Shown here: positions 37,302 to 46,039 of the stretch, in pieces | How positions within the stretch are numbered: the stretch's first letter is position 1 | Layout: each line of letters begins with the position of its first letter | DNA from: Pseudomonadales bacterium | Lineage (GTDB): Bacteria > Patescibacteriota > Microgenomatia > UBA1400 > PJMF01 | Reading direction: 5' to 3' | Assembly: GCA_020632235.1 (NCBI GenBank) | Contig: JACKFY010000002.1 | Span: forward strand, 11,550 to 75,549 | Length of the DNA: 64,000 nt | Translations under genes and position numbers: made by a program | The notes under the pieces: model-generated | Databases searched by the model: none | Told to the model about the DNA's origin: nothing | The model's input: the letters and a program-made list of their open reading frames with translations, nothing else

Positions 37302-39038
37302 CTACTTTCTCTCAACATTAAAAAATGCCCCACCGCACGGGCTGCCAGACCACTGTGGAATACGCAAGTTACCAGGGGCGCGCACATTAAACGCCTTGCA
37401 AAAATCACTCCCACTCATGCTAACGCCAGAAATAGTCACGTTGTTGGTCGCCCCCTCTCCCTGCGAGACAGAAACGCTCCCTGCACTCGCAATACCACCA
37501 TACTTGCTGGCCACATCGCGCAGCTCACTCATCGAGTACGGGTTGCCCCCCCAACAACTAGTGGTGACCGGTGTCACACGCTCCAGCTCTTCACCCGTAC
37601 CATTTTTCATTACTACATACGCATTGACAATATCAGCCATCTCTTCAGGGCTCAACCACGGGCTAGAGCGCCCGCAGGTCGCCCCAGAGCTGCTGTACCC
37701 CTGCCTCCACCAGGCTTTGTACAGCCATGGCGAGCCACCAATGCGCTCGTATGCTTTGGTGAGCAGGTCAGAACCACCACCTCCATCGGTCGTGTCCCAG
37801 CCAGCAGTACGAGTAAACCCACCGTGCGTTGAGGCAAACTGCGTTAGCACTGGCGAGCCACCATTGGTCAGCACCATTCCTCTGGTTTCTGCTACTGCTT
37901 CGGCCCAGGCTCCGCCCTTTGGCTCATTCTTGAATACCTGGCATGCCTCGGTAGTACAGATAGAGCTTTGGCCGTTATTGGTGTGGCGAATGGCATAGGT
38001 GCGCGCAGCAATAGCCTGCACTTTTAAGACTTCTTTTGGCCAACTGGCTGGCACTTCATAAATCCGTAACAAATACCAATCTTCAAACGAGCCAGAGCCC
38101 ACACCACTCACCGTAATTTGATCCATCGCAGGGTAATCTGTCTGAATAGTTGAACCTGGATAGTAGGCCGAGAGGATCTGCTGATAGCTCTGCCCACTTT
38201 TTGCCCGCCCCAGTGCTCCATACTGGCTCATGCCATTGCGGTGCGAGTACGCCCCAAATGAAAACACACCAAAGTATCCTGCTGGCGCTGTTGCGTTAAA
38301 GTTGTTGATAGAGCCCATTGAGTCGTCAGATAACTCGCCATCACCACTCACCGTAAACCCACCACTTCTGGCAGCAATGATCTCTTGCTGCCTAGCAGAG
38401 AGCGCAGCGATCTGGCCAGCCAGGTCGTTTTGATACACCTTTGCTTTTAAGACTTCTTCTTCAAAAAATGCCTGCTGGCTATCAAGTTGTTTTTGTAAAT
38501 TGGCTAACAGTACTTGGTTTTGTTCCAAGGTTTGCTTGTCTTTTTCCAGCTGGACGATGTCGCCAGAAATAGACTGGATCAACTTGTTGTCTTGGGCCTT
38601 GACCGAGTTTCGATAGGCTAAATCTTTGGTGATGTTGGCCGCATCTTGCGAGGCGATCACCAGCATGAGGGGTGAAAACGTGCGCGCTTTTTTGTATTGG
38701 TCGGCGATACGCAGAGTGAGCATCTCGTACTGTACGGCCAGGTCGAGCTCACGATCATCAATACTCTCGGCGAGCTCTACTGCCTCTTTTTTAGCACTTT
38801 CTACCCCCGCGCGTGCTGAGCGAATCTTTTTTTCCAGAGATGCAATTTCAGATTCAAGTGGCTTGGTCGCACTCTCCGACTGTTGTTTGAGGTTTTCCAG
38901 CTCATCAATTTGCCGTTGCAGCTCTTCTACCTCGTCAGCCTGTATCAAGATGGGAGTGGGCAGATGCCACACTAGCCCAACTAACACTAAAACGCCAAGA
39001 AGTAACACCAGCAGCCGAGCAGCTTTCATAGATATCAT
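37302..39038 (-). CDS. SpoIID/LytB-domain protein with an N-terminal signal-anchor and coiled coil (peptidoglycan lytic transglycosylase family)
   Basis: C-terminal region WYLLRIYEVPASWPKEVLKVQAIAARTYAI...QVF...AVAETRGMVLT...FASTHGGFT, matching SpoIID/LytB conserved blocks. Confidence 0.7.
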   Translation of the reverse strand: MISMKAARLLVLLLGVLVLVGLVWHLPTPILIQADEVEELQRQIDELENLKQQSESATKPLESEIASLEKKIRSARAGVESAKKEAVELAESIDDRELDLAVQYEMLTLRIADQYKKARTFSPLMLVIASQDAANITKDLAYRNSVKAQDNKLIQSISGDIVQLEKDKQTLEQNQVLLANLQKQLDSQQAFFEEEVLKAKVYQNDLAGQIAALSARQQEIIAARSGGFTVSGDGELSDDSMGSINNFNATAPAGYFGVFSFGAYSHRNGMSQYGALGRAKSGQSYQQILSAYYPGSTIQTDYPAMDQITVSGVGSGSFEDWYLLRIYEVPASWPKEVLKVQAIAARTYAIRHTNNGQSSICTTEACQVFKNEPKGGAWAEAVAETRGMVLTNGGSPVLTQFASTHGGFTRTAGWDTTDGGGGSDLLTKAYERIGGSPWLYKAWWRQGYSSSGATCGRSSPWLSPEEMADIVNAYVVMKNGTGEELERVTPVTTSCWGGNPYSMSELRDVASKYGGIASAGSVSVSQGEGATNNVTISGVSMSGSDFCKAFNVRAPGNLRIPQWSGSPCGGAFFNVERK

Positions 39039-39074
39039 TCACTATAGCAGGTGCGGTGTGCACTTGAGAAGAAG

Positions 39075-39400
39075 TGAACCCCTTGCCTGCAGTTGTCACT
39101 CTGCCTTGCCCGAAATGCTATGCACAGTCGTTGCAGGCGGGGAGCGAAGCATGGCGCATGGACTCACTCCCTTTCATAAGGGGAGACATCAAGCGACAGC
39201 ATGATAGAAGGGTTTTTCTTTGTCATTTCGACTCCCGACACGTCGGGACTGGAGAAATCCCCAACACAGACTTCTCTCCGTCAGCTGGCGGATCAAAGTA
39301 GTAGATGGGTTTAGCTCTCCCCTTGCAAGAGACTTCATCAAGACTTGTAAACGCGGATACCTCCATTCCAGTCGGCATGACAAGTCTTGCTTCGTCACTC
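39075..39400. repeat. composite hairpin-repeat element (family member) in the divergent promoter region between the SpoIID-like gene and the pilin array
   Basis: GTCACTCTGCC; CCCTTTCATAAGGGGAG; GTCATTTCGACTCCCGACACGTCGGGACTGGAGAAATCCCC; CTTCTCTCCGTCAGCTGGCGGATCAAAG; AACGCGGATACC...GGCATGACAAG. Confidence 0.6.
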
Positions 39401-39458
39401 TCAACTAAAACAAACGAAGGGGTTTGCTCAATAGCTCCATCTGGAGTAAAATAACAGG

Positions 39459-40610
39459 GTGAAGAAAATACTACTACTGTGCTTTGCTGTATTGCAGATA
39501 GGCTCGTTTGTGATGCCGAGTCAAACCAAGGCGCAAGACATGTGTGGCGGCATTAGTGTTGAACCACCAATAGCATCACCACACCTAGATGGAGAGGTAC
39601 TCATCGTTAAAATAGCTGGATTTACAAATGGAGCATACAGAGAGTTTGCTATTACGGAAGACAGATTTGCCGCAATCACTCTTGAATCAGCAAGCGGAAC
39701 TGCTGTTGATGGTAAAATCACGCTGCAGTTTTCAGGCAACGGAGTAAAAAAACTTCTTTGGGCAGCGGATAGTAGAAAAATTTCTATGAACGGAGAAGGC
39801 TCTAATGACTGTGTTGTTCCAAATAGTTATTTCGAAATAGGTGAAAGTAGCACTAGTGGAAATCATTCTTGCGACCTCAACATTACCTATACAAACGATG
39901 AAAACGACACGTTCGGAAAATGGGGGTGCATAGACACCACAAGCGATTTTAGCATTAACGCTACTAACATTACAGACCCCCTGGGTGTGTTTTCGGGAAA
40001 TGAGGCAACATTACACTATGACAGTAACGCAGCTACCCTTGTTGATCTTGATGGTAACGGCAATTTTTTAAATCCTAAAATACTTCAATCAAATGAAACT
40101 AATTATGGCAATAACCATAGCGTGAGATTTGCTGTTGCAATAAGTGATTTAATTATTTACCACACGGCATGCGAAGAAACAGTCGGCACAATTGTCGAAT
40201 CATGCGCCAATGCCGTCACCCCCACCTCCACCACTCCCTTCCAACTTTGCTCCCAAATCCCCAATCCTGTCCAAAGGGCTGAATGCGAAACATGCGCTAC
40301 TACAGGAGGAGGTGACCCAGAAAACCCCGGTGGCGTCTGGACAGCAGTTGGCTGCATCAGCAAAGACCCTGCCTCTATCATCCAGTCACTCATCAAGGTA
40401 GGCCTGGGCATGTCTGGCGGCGTGGTGCTACTCACTTTCCTAGCTGGCGGCTTTATGCTCACTACTTCCCAGGGTAACCCTGAGGGCGTCAACAAGGCCA
40501 AAGAAATGATGACCGCCAGCGTGGTGGGCCTGGTATTCATGCTACTATCAATTAGTATCTTACAATTTATTGGCGTAACCGTACTACGAATACCAGGGTT
40601 TGGTACATGA
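39459..40610 (+). CDS. T4SS pilin-like protein (VirB2/TrbC-type C-terminal domain) with a ~280-aa N-terminal extracellular domain
   Basis: Signal peptide. C-terminus VGLGMSGGVVLLTFLAGGFMLTTSQGNPEGVNKAKEMMTASVVGLVFMLLSISILQFI: two hydrophobic helices flanking a GxxG/K-rich loop. Confidence 0.55.
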   Translation: MKKILLLCFAVLQIGSFVMPSQTKAQDMCGGISVEPPIASPHLDGEVLIVKIAGFTNGAYREFAITEDRFAAITLESASGTAVDGKITLQFSGNGVKKLLWAADSRKISMNGEGSNDCVVPNSYFEIGESSTSGNHSCDLNITYTNDENDTFGKWGCIDTTSDFSINATNITDPLGVFSGNEATLHYDSNAATLVDLDGNGNFLNPKILQSNETNYGNNHSVRFAVAISDLIIYHTACEETVGTIVESCANAVTPTSTTPFQLCSQIPNPVQRAECETCATTGGGDPENPGGVWTAVGCISKDPASIIQSLIKVGLGMSGGVVLLTFLAGGFMLTTSQGNPEGVNKAKEMMTASVVGLVFMLLSISILQFIGVTVLRIPGFGT

Positions 40611-41035
40611 GACAACTTACAATCACCCTTATTGGTACATGTTTGATACTATTTTGTACCCTCTTTGTGCCAAACATCACCCAGGCGCAAGGGGCTCTAC
40701 CTGATGGTTGGGTAGATGATGGTATTCCCCAAGAGGCATTTGACGCGGTCAACCCACTCGTGATTGAGCAAAGTAGTCAAGCACACCAACTCTCAACACC
40801 TGGTGGGATCGTCTCTCGCGCACTGGACTTCGCTTTTCCCATTGCTGGCATGGTACTGTTTGTGATGCTGGTTTGGGGTGGGTTTGAGATGTTGGCAGGC
40901 TCATTTGGTGGCGAGCAGTCACTGAATGCTGGAAAAAGCCGCGCCACCGCTGCTCTGGTAGGTTTCTTACTGCTGTTTTGCAGTTATTGGCTGATGCAAA
41001 TTATTCAATATGTATTTGGTATAGTTATTTTGTAG
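40607..41035 (+). CDS. T4SS pilin-like protein (VirB2/TrbC family)
   Basis: Signal peptide ending AQG. IAGMVLFVMLVWGGFEMLAGSFGGEQSLNAGKSRATAALVGFLLLFCSYWLMQII. Confidence 0.6.
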   Translation: MRQLTITLIGTCLILFCTLFVPNITQAQGALPDGWVDDGIPQEAFDAVNPLVIEQSSQAHQLSTPGGIVSRALDFAFPIAGMVLFVMLVWGGFEMLAGSFGGEQSLNAGKSRATAALVGFLLLFCSYWLMQIIQYVFGIVIL

Positions 41036-41523
41036 TGATAAAACGTATTTGCATCTTACTAGCTGCACTTCTTCTTTTAGGTGGCTTGTATGTTTTTTCC
41101 CATCACCCTGTGCAGGCACAAAGCTTTACCTGTTTTGAGCAGTGCGCGGCATTTTTTGGAGATGATACGCGATGTATAGGATTAGGGCTTCCTGCCTGCC
41201 CCCCCTGTACACCAGGAATAAGCGCGGGCACTGATCTTGGCGCCTGCCTCAAGCTTTCCAACGACACGCCCGTACGAGACGTCTACTCTAGCCCCTCAGT
41301 CCTGATCAACCTGGTGGTGCGCAATGTCTTTGTGCTAGCAGGCGTACTACTATTTGCTCTGGTGTTTTACGTGGGGTTCAAGATGCTCACGGGCGGTAAA
41401 AAAGGCTTTGAAGATTCGCGCAAAGCTCTCACTGCTGCCGTTGCGGGGTTTATTCTCATGTTTTCTGCCTACTGGATCATCCAGATTATCAAGTACCTAA
41501 CGGGCGCTGACATACCTATTTAA
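41035..41523 (+). CDS. T4SS pilin-like protein (VirB2/TrbC family), Cys-containing N-terminal region; GTG start proposed, ORF open from 40978
   Basis: LAGVLLFALVFYVGFKMLTGGKKGFEDSRKALTAAVAGFILMFSAYWIIQII. Confidence 0.5.
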   Translation: MIKRICILLAALLLLGGLYVFSHHPVQAQSFTCFEQCAAFFGDDTRCIGLGLPACPPCTPGISAGTDLGACLKLSNDTPVRDVYSSPSVLINLVVRNVFVLAGVLLFALVFYVGFKMLTGGKKGFEDSRKALTAAVAGFILMFSAYWIIQIIKYLTGADIPI

Positions 41524-41527
41524 TAGT

Positions 41528-41974
41528 ATGAAAAAATTACCACTCAGTTTTTCCAAAGCAATACTACTCTGTTTTATATTTCTGACAGCTTTACTAGCCC
41601 TCCCCCTCACCTCGCAGGTGAGGGGCCAAAGCTCTCTGGGCACCATCGATGTCCCTCCTGGCGTTGATGTCTACATCGCGCAATCTGGACTCTCGGATGA
41701 CGAGATCGCCATCATCTTTTTTATCAATCGTGGCATCTTGCTCATCACCGTTATCAGCGCCCTCTGGGCATCGCTGATGATCATCCTCGCCAGCTACACA
41801 CTACTCACCTCTCAGGGTGATACGGGCGCCTACACCAAAGTCAAGCAGTTATTTATCAACGCCGTCATTGGCCTACTACTCATACTGCTCACCTACACTA
41901 TTGCTGGCATCATCGGTCTACTTGTTTTTGGCGACCCAGGGTATATTTTAAATCCAGAATTGCCGCAGCCATGA
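41528..41974 (+). CDS. T4SS pilin-like protein (VirB2/TrbC family)
   Basis: Signal peptide. ITVISALWASLMIILASYTLLTSQGDTGAYTKVKQLFINAVIGLLLILLTYTIAGII. Confidence 0.55.
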   Translation: MKKLPLSFSKAILLCFIFLTALLALPLTSQVRGQSSLGTIDVPPGVDVYIAQSGLSDDEIAIIFFINRGILLITVISALWASLMIILASYTLLTSQGDTGAYTKVKQLFINAVIGLLLILLTYTIAGIIGLLVFGDPGYILNPELPQP

Positions 41975-42525
41975 GAAAACTTGTCCTTATTTTCATCCTG
42001 ATGTGCGTCACTATTATACCTAAAGCGGAGGTGTACGCTCAAAGCTCGGGCTGCAATTATGTCGGGCAATGTGTGGGAGGCAGAAGGTGCGAATGCGAGC
42101 TTGTCAACCCTACTACCGGCAACTGCACGTTGCTCAACCCTAGTGGGTCACTATGCGATACCTCAATTACTGGTGGAGTTGAGCCCCCTCAGGGAATAAC
42201 TGACTTTCAAGACAATAATGGCAATATTGTTGACATTGGCATCATCAACTTTGCCTCTCTTGCTATTCGAGCGCTCACCATAGTCTCTGGCATCTTCATT
42301 ATGTTTAACATCATTCGCGCTGGCTGGTACTACCTGATGGCCTGGGACAACACCGAGGCCACTGGCAAAGTAAAAGAGCTGCTCACCTACTCGGTCATTG
42401 GCTTGGGTGTGATTGCTACTGCCTACACTATCGCTGCGCTCATCGGCCTCATCATGTTTGGCGACCCCACGTTTATCCTCAACCCACAGCTATCTAGCGC
42501 TCTTTCAACTACCACTACCCCATAG
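41971..42525 (+). CDS. T4SS pilin-like protein with a Cys-rich N-terminal module
   Basis: Signal peptide; six Cys in the first 60 mature residues. ALTIVSGIFIMFNIIRAGWYYLMAWDNTEATGKVKELLTYSVIGLGVIATAYTIAALI. Confidence 0.55.
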   Translation: MRKLVLIFILMCVTIIPKAEVYAQSSGCNYVGQCVGGRRCECELVNPTTGNCTLLNPSGSLCDTSITGGVEPPQGITDFQDNNGNIVDIGIINFASLAIRALTIVSGIFIMFNIIRAGWYYLMAWDNTEATGKVKELLTYSVIGLGVIATAYTIAALIGLIMFGDPTFILNPQLSSALSTTTTP

Positions 42526-42552
42526 TCTGCTCTTTGCTATAATAGCCCCACC

Positions 42553-42933
42553 ATGCTACTACCCACCCTTATTGCCCAGTTTGGAGACGGCTTTCAGCCG
42601 GCGGTGGACAACAGCTACACCCAAAACGCCGACACTATCGAGGGTGCTACCAACAACACCGCTCTTGTTCTCTCCAACATCATCGGCATTCTCACCATCC
42701 TTGGCGGGCTGTTTTTTGTGGTCTATTTTATTATCGGCGCACTCAACTGGACACTGGCAGGCAATGACTCTGGCAAAGTAGGAAAAGCCATAGACCAAAT
42801 GCGCAACGCTACTATTGGTTTAGCACTCTTGGTGGCCTCATACGCTATTATCGGTGTTATTGGTAGCATTCTTGGGTTTAATATCTTTAATATTGCAGAT
42901 CTAATAAAAGGAGTTGCACCTGTAACAAACTAA
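42553..42933 (+). CDS. T4SS pilin-like protein (no obvious signal peptide)
   Basis: IIGILTILGGLFFVVYFIIGALNWTLAGNDSGKVGKAIDQMRNATIGLALLVASYAIIGVI. Confidence 0.5.
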   Translation: MLLPTLIAQFGDGFQPAVDNSYTQNADTIEGATNNTALVLSNIIGILTILGGLFFVVYFIIGALNWTLAGNDSGKVGKAIDQMRNATIGLALLVASYAIIGVIGSILGFNIFNIADLIKGVAPVTN

Positions 42934-42941
42934 AACCAAAC

Positions 42942-43451
42942 ATGAAAAAATTCTTTCAAACTTTCTCCGTTACGTTTTTATCACTCCTCATCTCTGTTCA
43001 GACAACCTTGGCTCAAGGAGCTGGAGGCGGTGGCGGAGGTACGGGCGGAGGAAGTGGTGGTTCTGGGGGTGGAGGCAATACTGGCGGTGGAGTAGGTGGT
43101 AGCGACCCTGTGTACGAGAACGGTATTATCACCAACCCCGTAATCGGCGACCTTGGCGCCTCTGGCGATGCAGCCTCTGGCAGCACGTTTCAAACATTAT
43201 TTGTACACTTTTGGCAGGTGATTATAATTATTGGTGCCGTAACTGTCCTCCTGATGTTCCTTTGGGGTGCTATTGAGTGGATTGCAGCCGGTGGTGACTC
43301 GGGTAAGATTGAGAAAGGGAGAAACCGCATCATCAATAGTATAATTGGACTCTTCTTACTTGTGTTTTCATTCATTATTATCAACTTTATTGGCTGGCTG
43401 CTCTTCCGGGGCTCATTCCAGATTCTTATATTTAATGTACCAACACCATAG
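42942..43451 (+). CDS. T4SS pilin-like protein with a Gly-rich N-terminal tract
   Basis: Signal peptide, a (G)n/GGS/GGT stretch, then IIIGAVTVLLMFLWGAIEWIAAGGDSGKIEKGRNRIINSIIGLFLLVFSFIIINFI. Confidence 0.55.
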   Translation: MKKFFQTFSVTFLSLLISVQTTLAQGAGGGGGGTGGGSGGSGGGGNTGGGVGGSDPVYENGIITNPVIGDLGASGDAASGSTFQTLFVHFWQVIIIIGAVTVLLMFLWGAIEWIAAGGDSGKIEKGRNRIINSIIGLFLLVFSFIIINFIGWLLFRGSFQILIFNVPTP

Positions 43452-43454
43452 CTT

Positions 43455-43931
43455 ATGATCTTTCAAACAACCATAAATCTTTCTCAAGAGGCTGCTGCAC
43501 AAAACCTCACTGGATATGACGCAGACCCCAGCGGCGGTATGGCCTTCCTCATCGGCCGTATTCTCTCTATTGCCATTGTTGTGGGTGCCGTTCTCCTATT
43601 GTTGTATCTTGTTTGGGGTGGCATTGAGTGGATCGCATCTGGCGGTGATAAGGGCAAGCTAGAGTCTGCCCGCAGCAAGATCACCCAGTCAATTATTGGC
43701 ATGATCGTCTTAGCTGGCTCCGTTGCTCTTTTCATGCTGGTGCAAGCGTTTCTTGGTTTTCAAGTCTTGCAATTTAATTTTGTAGGAGGGAGCAGGAATC
43801 CTGGAGGAAATACACCAAATTGTAATTATCAGACACAAACAACATGTAATGCTGCCCCTGGCTGTACCTGGATAATTGATAATAATTTTACACCACCAAA
43901 TGAGTTTTGTATGCCGGATGGAAATGGTTGA
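43455..43931 (+). CDS. T4SS pilin-like protein with a Cys-containing C-terminal tail
   Basis: LSIAIVVGAVLLLLYLVWGGIEWIASGGDKGKLESARSKITQSIIGMIVLAGSVALFMLV, then a tail with five Cys. Confidence 0.5.
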   Translation: MIFQTTINLSQEAAAQNLTGYDADPSGGMAFLIGRILSIAIVVGAVLLLLYLVWGGIEWIASGGDKGKLESARSKITQSIIGMIVLAGSVALFMLVQAFLGFQVLQFNFVGGSRNPGGNTPNCNYQTQTTCNAAPGCTWIIDNNFTPPNEFCMPDGNG

Positions 43932-44062
43932 CAATAACTAAACTATAGGATACAATAAAACCAGTAAAAAGTATTACTTGACTATACCTTGGCTACATGC
44001 CTATAATGTCTTGCCAAGGAGGCAGTACGTAAAAATAGTAGTACACAAATAAAAAGGAAATA

Positions 44063-44479
44063 ATGCTACAAAAAGCACGAAAATCTCTCAACACAGCACT
44101 GGTAACTGCTGGTGCACTCTTGGCAACAAGTATGCCAGCACTTGCACAAGATCCACAAGATCCTATTGGCACTGTTACAGTTCAGAGTACTGATGGTTAT
44201 TTTTCAAATTTTGGCGACCTCATAAGCGATCTTGTAGTTATTGCAATGGCAATTGCTGCATTATTAGTATTTGTTTATCTAATCTGGGGTGGCATTGAAT
44301 GGATCACTTCCGGTGGTGATAAAGGTAAAACTGAGTCTGCTCGCAACAAAATCACTGCAGCAATTATCGGTCTTATCATTCTTGCAGCTTCATATGCCTT
44401 GCTTAGAATTGCTTTAGAGTTTATTGGCGTAGATGGTGGCCTCCAGGGCATACTCAATAGAGCTGGTGGAAACAAATAA
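44063..44479 (+). CDS. T4SS pilin-like protein; candidate major pilin
   Basis: Signal peptide. VIAMAIAALLVFVYLIWGGIEWITSGGDKGKTESARNKITAAIIGLIILAASYALL. Followed by the strongest intrinsic terminator in the array. Confidence 0.6.
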   Translation: MLQKARKSLNTALVTAGALLATSMPALAQDPQDPIGTVTVQSTDGYFSNFGDLISDLVVIAMAIAALLVFVYLIWGGIEWITSGGDKGKTESARNKITAAIIGLIILAASYALLRIALEFIGVDGGLQGILNRAGGNK

Positions 44480-44500
44480 CTTATTGTAGATATACAGGAA

Positions 44501-44540
44501 ACCCCTCACTTTAATTTTTTAACCAAGGTGAGGGGTTTTT
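44501..44540 (+). terminator. Rho-independent terminator (AAACCCCTCAC ... GTGAGGGGTTTTT)
   Basis: 8-11-bp GC-rich stem followed by T5, 22 nt after the stop of the 44063 gene. Confidence 0.7.
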
Positions 44541-44657
44541 CGTTCCAGTTATGCTAAAATATGTGTGGTGTTACAGTACAACTACTTCAATGTATCCTCT
44601 ATTGATTTTTATAGGATATTTTGATATAATAAATCCGTTTACACATAAAATACTCTT

Positions 44658-45224
44658 ATGAAGAAACTTTTTCTCTCTGCTCTACTTGGTTTTTGTCTGA
44701 TGCTTACGCCTAGCGTGTATGCCCAGGGCATGCTCAACACCCCTAGTGACCAAACAGGTGACGTGGTAGCACGCAAAGATGGTGACATACTGTACCTAAC
44801 CACCTCGGTTACTGACAATAGCGCAAGCGGTACTACCGAGCAAACAAGCCAGACAACCACTACTACCTCCAGCACCCAACAAGATGGCGATGTTGTACTG
44901 AATACCTACTTTGGCCAAATTGTGATACCACAAGGCTACTTTCATAACTTTGGAGAGCTTTTCACAAAGCTCCTCACTGCAGCCATGGCGGTGGCAGCTC
45001 TGCTCACGCTTGGGTTTCTCATCTGGGGCGCGTTTAAGTGGATCACCTCTGGCGGTGATAAAGGGAAAATTGACTCAGCTCGCTCGACCCTTATTGCCGC
45101 GGTGGTAGGGCTCATTATTGTCGCTGCCTCGTACGCTATTTTACTACTAACCCTCAACTTCCTCGGCATTGAAGGTGGCCTCAATGGCCTACTACAACGG
45201 GCTGGCTCTGCCATGAGCAACTAA
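44658..45224 (+). CDS. T4SS pilin-like protein, paralog of the 44063 gene with a longer Thr-rich N-terminal region
   Basis: AAMAVAALLTLGFLIWGAFKWITSGGDKGKIDSARSTLIAAVVGLIIVAASYAILLL...GIEGGLNGLLQRAGS; shares the GYFxNFGxL and C-terminal motifs with 44063. Confidence 0.6.
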   Translation: MKKLFLSALLGFCLMLTPSVYAQGMLNTPSDQTGDVVARKDGDILYLTTSVTDNSASGTTEQTSQTTTTTSSTQQDGDVVLNTYFGQIVIPQGYFHNFGELFTKLLTAAMAVAALLTLGFLIWGAFKWITSGGDKGKIDSARSTLIAAVVGLIIVAASYAILLLTLNFLGIEGGLNGLLQRAGSAMSN

Positions 45225-45266
45225 CCTTTTACCTTCCTCAGCTCAAAATCATGCTATACTCCTGGT

Positions 45267-45674
45267 ATGAAACAACATCTGTTTGCTAAAAATCTTTTCA
45301 TCACACTCACGCTTGTATTGTGGAGTGTTTTTTTGCCCGTCCAGGCACATGCCCAGACCAGCGCCTGGGGTGGCACTTGCGTGGGTGGGCCAGACCGTAA
45401 CGTAGCGACTATTCAGGGTCTGGAGTGCTTAGTAGCCAATGTGTTTGTGGTGATTATCACCCTTATCGGCCTGGCTGGGTTTGTGATGTTTATTATTGCC
45501 TCGTTTCGCTGGATGACGGCAGGCAGCAACACCGAAGGCATCAAAAAGGCGCGTGCCACCATGACCTACGCGGTGGTGGGCATTGTGGTCTCGCTTTCTG
45601 CCTTTATAGTGCTCAATGTCCTGGCAGACTTTACTGGAGTTGAAGCCATCAAGGTGTTCCGTATTCCCAGCTGA
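45267..45674 (+). CDS. T4SS pilin-like protein
   Basis: Signal peptide. VFVVIITLIGLAGFVMFIIASFRWMTAGSNTEGIKKARATMTYAVVGIVVSLSAFIVLNVL. Confidence 0.55.
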   Translation: MKQHLFAKNLFITLTLVLWSVFLPVQAHAQTSAWGGTCVGGPDRNVATIQGLECLVANVFVVIITLIGLAGFVMFIIASFRWMTAGSNTEGIKKARATMTYAVVGIVVSLSAFIVLNVLADFTGVEAIKVFRIPS

Positions 45675-45679
45675 AGTTC

Positions 45680-46035
45680 TGGGTTTTAGCATTCCCCTCT
45701 TTTCAAGAGGGGCTAGCTGAAAGCCAGGGGTGTTTTAGTCCTTCCCCTTGTAAGGGGAAAACTCAAGTGATAACTTGAGAAAAGGGTTTAGCCCTCCGTT
45801 TCATAAGGGGACCCGCCTGCATCAGCTGTGCTGAAAGCACTGCGGGCAGGGACATCAAGCGAAGCGTGATAGAGGGGTTTAGCGCTTCTCCCGAACTGAG
45901 TCGGGACTTTGTCATTTCAACTCCCGACCTGTCGGGATTGGAGAAATCCCACCCAGATGTCCCTGCCCGCAATGTCTGCGACATAGTCGTAGCAGGCGGG
46001 TCTACTACGCTCGAAATGACATTCTAGCTTTCGGT
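45680..46035. repeat. composite hairpin-repeat element (largest family member), immediately 5' of the giant hydrolase gene
   Basis: CCCCTCTTTTCAAGAGGGGC + TAGCTGAAAGCCAGGGGTGTTTT; CCCCTTGTAAGGGG + AAAACT-CAAGTGATAACTTGAG-AAAAGGGTTTAGCCCT; CCGTTTCATAAGGGG; GTGCTGAAAGCAC; GTCATTTCAACTCCCGACCTGTCGGGATTGGAGAAATCCC. Confidence 0.6.
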
Positions 46036-46039
46036 CCAC

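Noticed and set aside
39074-39408. Small ORFs (62-75 aa) within the 39.1-kb repeat element
   Set aside because: Same as above; they fall in the intergenic repeat region.
40157-40615. 152-aa ORF antisense to the first pilin-like gene
   Set aside because: Antisense to a supported CDS.
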